A DNA stretch of 56,920 nt. Origin: a virus. Its lineage: Duplodnaviria > Caudoviricetes. Of this stretch, positions 47,700 through 56,445 are shown one piece after another. The translations under genes and the position numbers were made by a program. The stretch spans positions 1 to 56,920 of IMG/VR virus record IMGVR_UViG_3300025120_014399. One strand, written 5' to 3'. The notes under the pieces were generated by a model, which did not search any database, was not told where the DNA came from, and saw nothing but the letters and a program-made list of their open reading frames with translations. Position 1 is the first letter of the stretch; each line of letters begins with the position of its first letter.

Positions 47700-47961
47700 T
47701 ATTATAGAGTCTTTGGAATTATTACTTTCAAGTTTAATGGAAAGTGAGTTAACAAAAACGCAATATAGTCTTTACCCACCAGATTCAGGATTTGATCATC
47801 ATTGGTTTTTTAATGCAGCAACAAAAAGTTTAGAAAGATTTGACAAAGGTATTCATGTTGAGATAATAGAAGACTATGATGAAGATAGTTATCTATGTTA
47901 TTATAATGGTTCAACGATCATTATAAAGAAATCAAAAATTGGAATAAAGGTAGAACACTAG
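47665..47961 (+). CDS. hypothetical protein
   Basis: GAGGA RBS. Confidence 0.55.
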   Translation: MKNQITGSLDNDIIESLELLLSSLMESELTKTQYSLYPPDSGFDHHWFFNAATKSLERFDKGIHVEIIEDYDEDSYLCYYNGSTIIIKKSKIGIKVEH

Positions 47962-48293
47962 TGAAGTTTGATCATATCGCAATACAGGTAAAAAATCAAG
48001 ATATAAAAGGTACTGCTGCTTGGTACAAGAATAACATGTCAGCAAATATTCTTTATCTTGACGATACATGGGCATTATTAGATGTCTTTGATTTAAGACT
48101 CGCGTTAGTATTACCGACACAACATCCTCCACATATTGCGTTTAAAATTAACGAAGCACAATATTTAGATTTTAAGAAAGCTAGTAAAACTTTTAAAAAA
48201 CATCGTGATGGATCTGAATCTTTTTATGAAAAAGATATATCGGGTAATATACTGGAGTTTGTATTTTGGAAAAAGATTGGTCAGGAAAATTAG
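47961..48293 (+). CDS. VOC/glyoxalase family protein
   Basis: FDHIAIQV, AAWY, HIAF, YEKDISGNILEF. Confidence 0.8.
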   Translation: MKFDHIAIQVKNQDIKGTAAWYKNNMSANILYLDDTWALLDVFDLRLALVLPTQHPPHIAFKINEAQYLDFKKASKTFKKHRDGSESFYEKDISGNILEFVFWKKIGQEN

Positions 48294-48427
48294 TGAGGTT
48301 TAAATCAGGAAGGATCGGAATTGTATTATCGAGTCAGAAAATTGCTGATAATACTTTTTTAACAGTACACATCCCAGATCTGGGAATTATTAACATAAGG
48401 GCAGAAGATGTTGAAGAAATTAAGTAA
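48266..48427 (+). CDS. small KOW/SH3-like protein (53 aa, not in ORF track)
   Basis: TTG after GGAG; MEKDWSGKLVRFKSGRIGIVLS... Confidence 0.5.
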   Translation: MEKDWSGKLVRFKSGRIGIVLSSQKIADNTFLTVHIPDLGIINIRAEDVEEIK

Positions 48428-48506
48428 ATACGTGCAAAAAAACATACACGCGAATTATAATAAAATTGTAAACAAAACAGAAAACTCTCATGAGGACGCT
48501 GCATTT

Positions 48507-48629
48507 ATGACTTTTTTAGATATTGTACATGATATTGCATTATTTATATTTTTTGTATTTTCAGCAATATCATTATTCCTTTTTACAAAGATGGAAATTA
48601 TTCCATTTATATATAAATTAATTTCTTAG
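48507..48629 (+). CDS. small membrane protein
   Basis: ATG 48507 after GAGGA; one TM; TGCAAA-N17-TATAAT at 48433-48461. Confidence 0.45.
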   Translation: MTFLDIVHDIALFIFFVFSAISLFLFTKMEIIPFIYKLIS

Positions 48630-48636
48630 GTGAAAC

Positions 48637-48894
48637 ATGTCAAAGATAAAAGATAGTGATATAATTAAAAAGTTTATTAAACTATTAGAAAATAATCTAC
48701 TTTTCAAAGGATCCCCCAAAGGGTATAGCGCATCAACACCTTACCAAAAGCCAACGGTAACTCCGCCAAAAGGTAAGTCTAACTATGATCTAGAAGACTA
48801 TATGGAAGAAGATGATGAAGAAGATCAAAAAAAGAAAGTAGAAGTTGCAAAATATTTTCAAAAGGGAGCGGACGAAATTGATGATGATCAATAA
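48637..48894 (+). CDS. small tagged hypothetical protein
   Basis: MSKIKDSDIIKKFIKLLE. Confidence 0.55.
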   Translation: MSKIKDSDIIKKFIKLLENNLLFKGSPKGYSASTPYQKPTVTPPKGKSNYDLEDYMEEDDEEDQKKKVEVAKYFQKGADEIDDDQ

Positions 48895-49141
48895 TAATAC
48901 TTATGTAAAAGAATATGCTGACAATTTTAGCTATAAACAACTAAACTGTCATGGTATATTTAAAAAAGAAACTTATGTCAAATTGGTTGATGACAATTTT
49001 ATTGTAATTGAGTCAATTGAAGAGTCTAAGTATGTTAATTTTTTCTTTAATAAGAAGACAAAAACATTCAAAAAATCTGATTTACTTTTAAGTATTTTAG
49101 AAAACATACCTGTCGCATGGGAGCAAGAAAAATGTCAATAG
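48881..49141 (+). CDS. hypothetical protein
   Basis: Packed ORF. Confidence 0.45.
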   Translation: MMINNNTYVKEYADNFSYKQLNCHGIFKKETYVKLVDDNFIVIESIEESKYVNFFFNKKTKTFKKSDLLLSILENIPVAWEQEKCQ

Positions 49142-49641
49142 CCGAACATGACTTTTCGCATAAAAAACTATATGATCAAAGTACAATGATAGAAGAGGAT
49201 AGATATGTTTTCAGCAGGATGATCGCATGCTCTTATATTTACCCAGGTGCAATATCTAGAAGTACTTCTAGGTGCAGAACAACTGTTATTTATGAAAACA
49301 CAACTGGGGGTATTATAGTTTCGGGAGGTACATTAGAAAAATGGTCTGAAAGTGGATGGACAATAATTGACGAGTACTTTGATTCAAACATACATTTTTC
49401 AGAAGTTGAAGATGCGTTAGATTATATTCTAGAGATGTACAGATCTTTTATTCTAGGTCTTCCAATTAAAGTTAACAATGACATTAAAGATCCTTTTCCA
49501 CCTCCAATTACACCAAATGGACCTAAAAAGCCTAAAATACGTGTTTTATCTTTTAAAGATAAGTATAGCAAAGAAGAAGATAGTTATAAAAAAGACAAAC
49601 CAAATTCAGATGATGATTCACCAGATTTTGACTGGATATAA
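49132..49641 (+). CDS. hypothetical protein
   Basis: ATG 49132 after GGGAG. Confidence 0.6.
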   Translation: MSIAEHDFSHKKLYDQSTMIEEDRYVFSRMIACSYIYPGAISRSTSRCRTTVIYENTTGGIIVSGGTLEKWSESGWTIIDEYFDSNIHFSEVEDALDYILEMYRSFILGLPIKVNNDIKDPFPPPITPNGPKKPKIRVLSFKDKYSKEEDSYKKDKPNSDDDSPDFDWI

Positions 49642-49653
49642 AGGGGTATAACT

Positions 49654-51186
49654 ATGGGCGGAATAGCAGGACACATGAATCATGTCTATGATAATCTTAA
49701 CTTGACATTTTCAGGATTACTAGATATATTAACACAGGCAGCAGCCGGCAGCTTAAATCCCACAGAAAAAGTTGACGGTCAAAATCTTTATTTTACATAT
49801 GACTTTAGAGATAATCAAGTAAAGTTTGCACGTCGTCCGGCCGAAGCAGCATCTGGTGGGATTACTAAAGAAGCACTTAATTCAGAATTTATTAGAAAAA
49901 GAGATAACAGTACAAACCCGGAAGGATATCAAAGTGTTGTTGATGCTTTTTATTTTGGAATGACTGCAATAGAGATGGGAATTAATTCAGCACAGGAACA
50001 AACAATATTATCTTTGTTTGAACGTGCAAAAGCAGCTGATGTTTCTGATGACACACCTTATGATACTCCGACTGTTTTTATTAATTGTGAAATTATGTAT
50101 TCAGAAAATAGAAATATGATTATGTATGATGGTGACTTTATTGTATTTCATAAATTTGACTTACTAAATGAAAATCTTGAATCATTGTCAAAAGAAGAAC
50201 TTTTAAAGTTAGATAGTTCAATGAGGGAAAAATTTAATTCGCTCGTTGCAGAAGTTGAAAAAAGCGAACAGACTGTCGCAGGACGTCAATGGAAAGTCGT
50301 AGGACCTCAAACAAGGAAATTAAGAAATCTTGACAGTTCATTTATTGAAGAATCGAGAACAAAAATTCAAAATATTGTCCAGAAATATAATATGACTTTG
50401 GATAATAAATTTTCTGACTTTTTAGCTGCGGGTGTTGCTGAGTATGTAAAGGAAGCAGGTTTTACTGTACTAGTTCCAAAAGATGTTGTTACTATTTTAC
50501 AGAAAGCTGTAATTGACCCGGCCGGGTTTTCAAACAACCCAGGTAGGTTAGGAAATACTTTGTTGCCCCAAGGACCAAGAAAAGGGAGTGCAAGGAAAAC
50601 AATAATAAATAACTATATAGGTGGGTCTAAATCAGATGCAGGTTTGCTTTCTAACTTTCTTGCAAAAGGAAAAGCTTTTGCCTTAATGTCTCGCATCTTA
50701 GAGCCATTTGCACAAATTACTCCAGGTTTGACTGCTTCACTTATGAGAGACGTTCCTTCTGCTTTTATGAAAGATAGTGATAAAGGAACAAAAATATTTA
50801 GAAGAACAGTCGAGTTAGCAATACAACATTTAGAAAACATGTTCCGGAACGCGGATCCCGCTGATGAAAAAATTAACAGTCTTAAGAATCGATATAACAA
50901 ACAAATGGCCAGGTTACAGTCTGTTGACAATATTTCTTCAGCAATGGAAGGCGTTGTTTTTGAATATCCGCCAATGTCAAATCAATTTTATAAATTTACA
51001 GGAGGTTTTGCAGCTGCAAATCAGATACTTGGTTATTTGGGCTGGGACGTCAAAGATGATCTAACTCAACAAGCCGCATCAGAAATTAATGCAGAAGTAT
51101 TAAATATTTCTGAAGCAAAACTTAAAAGAATGATAAGAGAATCAATAGCAAAAACTTACCTTGCGATGCTACCGAGATATAAATAG
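49654..51186 (+). CDS. covalent nucleotidyltransferase (RNA/DNA ligase-like) phage protein with C-terminal tag
   Basis: TEKVDGQN (motif I), NCEIM, IVFH, EGVVF, YKFTGGFA; C-terminal ISEAKLKRMIRESI. Confidence 0.65.
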   Translation: MGGIAGHMNHVYDNLNLTFSGLLDILTQAAAGSLNPTEKVDGQNLYFTYDFRDNQVKFARRPAEAASGGITKEALNSEFIRKRDNSTNPEGYQSVVDAFYFGMTAIEMGINSAQEQTILSLFERAKAADVSDDTPYDTPTVFINCEIMYSENRNMIMYDGDFIVFHKFDLLNENLESLSKEELLKLDSSMREKFNSLVAEVEKSEQTVAGRQWKVVGPQTRKLRNLDSSFIEESRTKIQNIVQKYNMTLDNKFSDFLAAGVAEYVKEAGFTVLVPKDVVTILQKAVIDPAGFSNNPGRLGNTLLPQGPRKGSARKTIINNYIGGSKSDAGLLSNFLAKGKAFALMSRILEPFAQITPGLTASLMRDVPSAFMKDSDKGTKIFRRTVELAIQHLENMFRNADPADEKINSLKNRYNKQMARLQSVDNISSAMEGVVFEYPPMSNQFYKFTGGFAAANQILGYLGWDVKDDLTQQAASEINAEVLNISEAKLKRMIRESIAKTYLAMLPRYK

Positions 51187-51492
51187 TTATATACTATATG
51201 TAATAGTTTTGCCGGTATTATCGTTTTGAAATTGCCGCTTAGCTATCGTAAGGCCTCTGGAATCAGTAATCATTCCGGCCTGTGATCCAAAAAACTCTTT
51301 TGAGATTGGTTTCTCTTGGTTTCCGTCATCATGTGTTATTAAATGAACTGTTATCTTATTGCCCATCTCTTCATATGAAAATGTGTATGTCCCATACCCA
51401 GATCCGGCATTATACGGCCGACTAGTAGCTTCTAATAGACTTTTAACTTCTCTTAATATGATCTTTCTTAATTGTGATCTAGAAACTTGCAT
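51187..51492 (-). CDS. small tagged hypothetical protein
   Basis: MQVSRSQLRKIILREVKSLLE; GAGG RBS. Confidence 0.7.
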   Translation of the reverse strand: MQVSRSQLRKIILREVKSLLEATSRPYNAGSGYGTYTFSYEEMGNKITVHLITHDDGNQEKPISKEFFGSQAGMITDSRGLTIAKRQFQNDNTGKTITYSI

Positions 51493-51534
51493 ACAAACCT
51501 CACTGATAAAAATGCTTTATATCTAATTAGGTAG

Positions 51535-52245
51535 TTACTCTTTAATTTTCAAGTTTTTCATTGCAATAGGCCACAAGTCTGTTGCAATTTTTCTACATGC
51601 ATTTGCAACAACCCTAATCTCTTGCTGTGCACCATCATGAGTTCTAAGGCTAATAAACTTAATAAGGTTGTTTAAATTCACGGTGCCATAATACTCGGTA
51701 TATAAATTTTGAGGAAGTAATCCTCGTGCCTGCTCTCTGCAAACACCTGCTGCTAAAAGACTGTCGTAATATTTTAATGCATCTTTGTGAAAGTTCTCAA
51801 CTAGCTTACTAGATAATATTGACATAGGCTTTGAGCATGCCGGATCATATATTTTCATTAATGGATTAATCATATTCTCTTCGTTACTAGCCTGCCTGTT
51901 AGATTCATGTTGTGTTCTAAAGAGTTTTGGTTCATAGAACTGTAGATTTTCATCTGTGTATCTTCGACTTATTTCATTATAAGACCATGTTCTATGACGA
52001 TGGTGCTGAGACCGTACGAACAGAGGAACACAGAACCTAAAAGTAACAACATTATGCTCCAAAGTCGAAGTGTGCCTGTGCCTAATAAGATATTTAATAA
52101 GTCGTTTATCTTTTCCATCTATTTCATCCTTTTGTTTTCCAAAGCTGACACGAGCAGCATTGACAATTGTAAGATCATCACCCATATGCTGAACATACTC
52201 AACAGAACCAATTTGATCATCGTAAAGATAGATTTTTTCTTTCAT
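51535..52245 (-). CDS. thyX: FAD-dependent thymidylate synthase
   Basis: AARVS, HTSTLEH, RHRTWSYNEISRRY (RHRx7S), EQAR..LP, AQ.EIR; start 52245 after GGAG. Confidence 0.95.
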   Translation of the reverse strand: MKEKIYLYDDQIGSVEYVQHMGDDLTIVNAARVSFGKQKDEIDGKDKRLIKYLIRHRHTSTLEHNVVTFRFCVPLFVRSQHHRHRTWSYNEISRRYTDENLQFYEPKLFRTQHESNRQASNEENMINPLMKIYDPACSKPMSILSSKLVENFHKDALKYYDSLLAAGVCREQARGLLPQNLYTEYYGTVNLNNLIKFISLRTHDGAQQEIRVVANACRKIATDLWPIAMKNLKIKE

Positions 52246-52312
52246 GTTTTCTTCTCCAAGATTACTGTTTATAATACAACATTCAAACAATATTTATAAT
52301 GGAGAATAAAAA

Positions 52313-52657
52313 ATGTTTATTCAATATTTTGCTTTAATCTTGATATATCTTTCTTTAACTTTAATAATAAGTCTTTTCTGCCTGGGTTTAAGAGCAATTA
52401 CAGACGTTGGCATGATCGGATATCCAATCCGTCTATTTTTTCAAAAGCATATGCCCTTCTGGGGCAAGCCGATCGTTTTATGTTCGACTTGCATGTCTAG
52501 TTTTTGGGGAACAGCTATTTCTACAACGTTATTTTTTGCGCTCTCCCTTCAAGCTTCTTTTATTCTTTTTCTTATGTGGGTCGGATCAACAATAAGTGCT
52601 GCGTTTATTAATGCAATTTTTTGGGAAGCTTATCAATCATTTTTGAAGACAAGCTGA
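52313..52657 (+). CDS. membrane protein with CxxC
   Basis: Three hydrophobic segments; KP..LCSTCMSSFWG. Confidence 0.65.
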   Translation: MFIQYFALILIYLSLTLIISLFCLGLRAITDVGMIGYPIRLFFQKHMPFWGKPIVLCSTCMSSFWGTAISTTLFFALSLQASFILFLMWVGSTISAAFINAIFWEAYQSFLKTS

Positions 52658-52658
52658 T

Positions 52659-52817
52659 ATGTGGGAACCTGCCGGAGCCATGGCTCTTTCAATATTTTTA
52701 ACTGTTTCATTGTTTTTAATTATTTATGGTCTGGCTTTTTTAGGTGTGACGCTATTAATAAAGTCAATAAAAAGCATTAAACAACAAATTTCAGACAGAG
52801 GAACAAATGAAAAATAA
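52659..52817 (+). CDS. small single-TM protein (52 aa, not in ORF track)
   Basis: MWEPAGAMALSIFLTVSLFLIIYGLAFLGVTLLIK; fills the gap between genes. Confidence 0.5.
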   Translation: MWEPAGAMALSIFLTVSLFLIIYGLAFLGVTLLIKSIKSIKQQISDRGTNEK

Positions 52818-53727
52818 ACTACTAATAGCTTTGTTTGCATCATCATGCTCATCAGATGTGTCTATTATGAAAAGATACGATGAAGAAAACAAAGACACAA
52901 ACGAAGTTGTTGTTGTAGAAGAAGACAACACAGAGGCTTCAAGTGAACCTGATGATTCTCCAACCAATGAACCAACGGCTGAACCATCATCAGAAATGTC
53001 TGAGCTGACCATTGGTTACGGCGAAATATATTTTAGACAAATAGCATGCCCTCCTTGCGTAGGTGCTTCTTCAGAATTTGATATCACTGCAACTCTAAAA
53101 CTTCATCAGCCAACTAGTGGTGACTACACAGAATATCTGCAAGAACCCGGCACATGTACAACAAATCTGATTCAGACTCATGTAAGCTCTCAACCTCTGA
53201 CAACTAGTCAGTCGGCAGCATTTAATGGGATGACGTTAAACCCTAACGGGCCCGGAGAATGGTATAATGGTTTTATATATGAGTATCAATATGAACGCAA
53301 TGCCAGCTATTCAGTAACTTCAGAGCACGGTACTATTAATAATGCATTCACAACAATTGAAGGTTTTGACGATATTCAACCCTACACTTTACTGTGGGTC
53401 GATCCTAGCTACGCATATGATGCAGTTATTAGCAAGTCGGGCACTAATTTTTCATGGCAACCTGTTGTAAATAACAGCTTATTCGAGATAATTATAGCTG
53501 TGTATTCATCAGACGGATCACAATTTTTAGGTGCAGTCAGCTGTCTAGAAGAAGATCAAGGCTATATGCATATACCTGGAAGTTATTTTCAGATGTATCC
53601 AACATGGTCAATAGCAGCAGTTCACTTAATTAGACATAAAATAGATAGAGTACCAGCCCAACAATTTAATGGTTACTTTCAGAGTCATATGATTTGGGAA
53701 GTGGTAGGAACAGGACATATAGAATAA
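52807..53727 (+). CDS. putative lipoprotein
   Basis: MKNKLLIALFASS-C; EPS/EPT-rich linker; Cys-containing beta-rich domain. Confidence 0.65.
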   Translation: MKNKLLIALFASSCSSDVSIMKRYDEENKDTNEVVVVEEDNTEASSEPDDSPTNEPTAEPSSEMSELTIGYGEIYFRQIACPPCVGASSEFDITATLKLHQPTSGDYTEYLQEPGTCTTNLIQTHVSSQPLTTSQSAAFNGMTLNPNGPGEWYNGFIYEYQYERNASYSVTSEHGTINNAFTTIEGFDDIQPYTLLWVDPSYAYDAVISKSGTNFSWQPVVNNSLFEIIIAVYSSDGSQFLGAVSCLEEDQGYMHIPGSYFQMYPTWSIAAVHLIRHKIDRVPAQQFNGYFQSHMIWEVVGTGHIE

Positions 53728-53930
53728 TGGCAACAAATATAAAAGTAAAAGTAAGAAAAGGCGAAGATGTTAATAAGGCAATCCGCAGATTTAAAAAACT
53801 GTATGAAGCAGAAGGAGTGTTAAAAGATATCAAGCGAAAAAGATACTACATGAAGCCCAGCGAGGCAAAGAAGTATAAAAGAGTTATGGCAGCTAAAAAA
53901 AGAAGAAAAGCAGCAAGAAGAAGAAAATAA
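53727..53930 (+). CDS. rpsU: 30S ribosomal protein bS21
   Basis: VKVRKGEDVNKAIRRFKK...GVLKD...YYMKPSE.K; ATG overlaps upstream TAA. Confidence 0.92.
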   Translation: MATNIKVKVRKGEDVNKAIRRFKKLYEAEGVLKDIKRKRYYMKPSEAKKYKRVMAAKKRRKAARRRK

Positions 53931-53967
53931 TTGTTTTTTTGAAGATATATATTGATAACGGTGTAAT

Positions 53968-54429
53968 ATGAAAATTTCTAGAAAACGTCTTAAATCATTA
54001 ATTGAAAACTATCTTTTTGAACAGGAAGAAGGGCCTGTGTCTAAAGAGATTAGTAAAGACAATAAAAAAGTCAAGGTAAAACCTATGACTAAAGAAGTTG
54101 GACCTAATCATTCTAATCTATCTATTAATAAAACAACGGGGGAAGTGACTTTAAAAGTTACTGGGGGAGAAGTAGAAAAAGAATCATCATTAAAACCATC
54201 AGACATTAAAGGCGAAAGTCAAGCTAAGGCTGATTTTGTTAATTTGGCTTCAGGTTATATTCAGGACCTACGGCGTACTAGTGAAAAAGATGCAGAAGAA
54301 TTTTTAAACAATCTAAAGCCTTTTATTGATTTAACAGACGCAACAGACTACAAGCCTTCAATGGCAAAATTTGATGCTGAATTTAATATTAAAAATCCTG
54401 ATGATATAAATAATTCTAAAATATCCTAA
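53968..54429 (+). CDS. tagged hypothetical protein
   Basis: MKISRKRLKSLIENYLFE. Confidence 0.65.
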   Translation: MKISRKRLKSLIENYLFEQEEGPVSKEISKDNKKVKVKPMTKEVGPNHSNLSINKTTGEVTLKVTGGEVEKESSLKPSDIKGESQAKADFVNLASGYIQDLRRTSEKDAEEFLNNLKPFIDLTDATDYKPSMAKFDAEFNIKNPDDINNSKIS

Positions 54430-54449
54430 ACTTTTAAGTCACAGTAAGC

Positions 54450-54698
54450 GTGACAAAAAATTCTTTTAAAAAACTTGACTTATTTGATCTAGCTGCTGCA
54501 AGAATAAAAAATAGCAGTATTCTTGTAACTGCTAACGTCGGTGATCTAATTGAGATAATCGGACCTTTTGTACCTGAAGAAAATTTTTTAGGAGTTATAA
54601 CAAACATCGACGATAAGAATATATTTGTCTACCACGGTGATATAAGAAAAACAATAATGTGGAATAGATGTGTAAAGTGCATTATTACTAGCATATAA
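54450..54698 (+). CDS. small KOW/SH3-like protein
   Basis: NVGDLIEI...FLGVITNI. Confidence 0.55.
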   Translation: MTKNSFKKLDLFDLAAARIKNSSILVTANVGDLIEIIGPFVPEENFLGVITNIDDKNIFVYHGDIRKTIMWNRCVKCIITSI

Positions 54699-54699
54699 T
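54671..54699 (+). promoter_or_regulatory. promoter TGTAAA-N17-TATAAT
   Basis: TGTAAA 54671-54676, TATAAT 54694-54699. Confidence 0.55.
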
Positions 54700-54717
54700 A
54701 CTTCATAGGAGGTATTT

Positions 54718-54993
54718 ATGGCAAGAAAAAAGGTTGAAAAGCCGACCACTAGAATAGAAGATTCAATTGAGGATGCAGAACCGGGGGATTATTGTTATTA
54801 TCTTTCTGCGAGTAATAAACCTACTTTTGCTGAAGTGACAGGCGTCATGGAAGAAAGGGGCATGAAAGTTTTAAAACTTATGTGTCAAGTTGATTTTAAG
54901 TTTATGAACTTACCTGCTATTATATGCGCTTTCGATGAAAAATTGTTAAAAGGTAAAAAGCGACGAGAACTTTGTCCGGAGGTATTTAAGTAA
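54718..54993 (+). CDS. hypothetical protein, KOW-like
   Basis: AGGAGG RBS; EPGDYCYY. Confidence 0.6.
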   Translation: MARKKVEKPTTRIEDSIEDAEPGDYCYYLSASNKPTFAEVTGVMEERGMKVLKLMCQVDFKFMNLPAIICAFDEKLLKGKKRRELCPEVFK

Positions 54994-55232
54994 TGTCAGA
55001 ATGGTTTTATATACGACAATGGAAAAGTAATAATCAAAAGATATGGTGTTTGATCGATTCTGAAGGTCGTCTATTAATATCTGGCATTGATAAGTTTGAA
55101 GCAGATTTAAAAAAAATAGAACTTGCTAATCAAAACATTAAAGTATATGTTGTAAATAAATATCAAGAAAAGTATAATGATATATTAGCTAAAAAAAGAG
55201 GTAAAGATGAAAATAGTAATACCGAAATATGA
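54993..55232 (+). CDS. hypothetical protein
   Basis: TAATG overlap. Confidence 0.5.
   Translation: MSEWFYIRQWKSNNQKIWCLIDSEGRLLISGIDKFEADLKKIELANQNIKVYVVNKYQEKYNDILAKKRGKDENSNTEI
55151..55178 (+). promoter_or_regulatory. promoter TGTAAA-N16-TATAAT upstream of thioredoxin
   Basis: TGTAAA 55151-55156, TATAAT 55173-55178. Confidence 0.55.
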
Positions 55233-55548
55233 ATCTGAAATAGATAAACTTTTTAAAACCGACAGTAACATTATTTTAGACTTTTACGCTGATTGGTGTG
55301 GTCCGTGCAAAGTCATATCTAAAGCTTTTCAAGAAATAAAAGATGAGAATATATTTAAAAATATAACATTGATTAAAATTGATATTGCAAAGTTTACTAA
55401 TCTAGCTCATGTCTATAACGTAAAGTCACTCCCAACAGTTATATACACTTCAGACGCGTCAGGTGAAATTAACGTCTTAAAAACAAAAGTTGGTTCTATG
55501 AACAAAAAAGATCTGATTGAAATGATTGGGAGAGTTTATGACAAGTAG
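55207..55548 (+). CDS. trxA: thioredoxin
   Basis: DFYADWCGPCK, VKSLPT. Confidence 0.92.
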   Translation: MKIVIPKYESEIDKLFKTDSNIILDFYADWCGPCKVISKAFQEIKDENIFKNITLIKIDIAKFTNLAHVYNVKSLPTVIYTSDASGEINVLKTKVGSMNKKDLIEMIGRVYDK

Positions 55549-55849
55549 ATGGAAAGAAGTTGGTTCATGGAATGTAGGCACAGCTGATGGAGGAACTGAA
55601 AAATATTCTTTATCTGAGAATAAAGATACAGGAAATTTCAGAATTAAAAATGAATTTGGGAATATAACAATAGACATGGAACGCATGTCCGGACACAAGT
55701 TTCTTAAAAAAGTTTTAAAAAAAATGGAAGAGATAATATCACCTGGTGTCGACTATGATGATGACCTTTGGGCAAAATCTTTGGGTTTAGACTTCGATGG
55801 TGATGATAGCAATGATAATGACTATAACGACTGTGACCATACAGACTAA
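55538..55849 (+). CDS. hypothetical protein with acidic tail
   Basis: ATG 55538 after GGGAG. Confidence 0.55.
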   Translation: MTSRWKEVGSWNVGTADGGTEKYSLSENKDTGNFRIKNEFGNITIDMERMSGHKFLKKVLKKMEEIISPGVDYDDDLWAKSLGLDFDGDDSNDNDYNDCDHTD

Positions 55850-55860
55850 GGGGATAAAAA

Positions 55861-56445
55861 TTGGGTAATATAACAACAGCAAAAGCAATTACGTTTTTAG
55901 ACATCGAGACAACGCACCTAGACGCTTCAAAAAGCGCTATTCTTTCAATCTCAATAATTACTGATTGGGATGGCGGGAAGCAAGATGTATGGACGACAAA
56001 GATAAAGCCAAAAGATATTGAAATGCAGTTTGCTTCTAAGGAAGCACTCGAAGTCTGTATGTATAGCGAAGAAGAATGGGCAGACGCACCGAGCTTTTCA
56101 GAAGTCGCACCTGAAATTGCAAAGCGTCTTATGTGGGGCCCACTGGTTGCACATAATATACAGTTTGACGTAGGTCATATTAGATCTGTCTTTAAAAGGT
56201 ACGGGTATAGAGAGGCACAACGGAACGAAAGAGTTGAAAGCAACAACAAGCTTTATAAAATTGGATATCCTCAAATAGATACATGCGCATTAGCCTACCT
56301 TTTCTTGCCAACTGAGCGCCAAAACTTAGATACACTTAGATCGCATTTCAAGATACCGGCAGGTAGATCACACTCCGCGGATACAGATGCTGAAGATTGC
56401 CGGCATGTTTTTTATAAGATACTGGAATTTATATCACCGGGTTAA
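55861..56445 (+). CDS. DEDDh 3'-5' exonuclease (DnaQ/epsilon-like)
   Basis: LDIETT, AHNIQFD, IDT, HSADTD. Confidence 0.88.
   Translation: MGNITTAKAITFLDIETTHLDASKSAILSISIITDWDGGKQDVWTTKIKPKDIEMQFASKEALEVCMYSEEEWADAPSFSEVAPEIAKRLMWGPLVAHNIQFDVGHIRSVFKRYGYREAQRNERVESNNKLYKIGYPQIDTCALAYLFLPTERQNLDTLRSHFKIPAGRSHSADTDAEDCRHVFYKILEFISPG

Noticed and set aside
51183-51190. ATAGTTAT late-promoter-like octamer
   Set aside because: Formed by two abutting convergent stop codons with no plus-strand gene downstream; probably coincidental.
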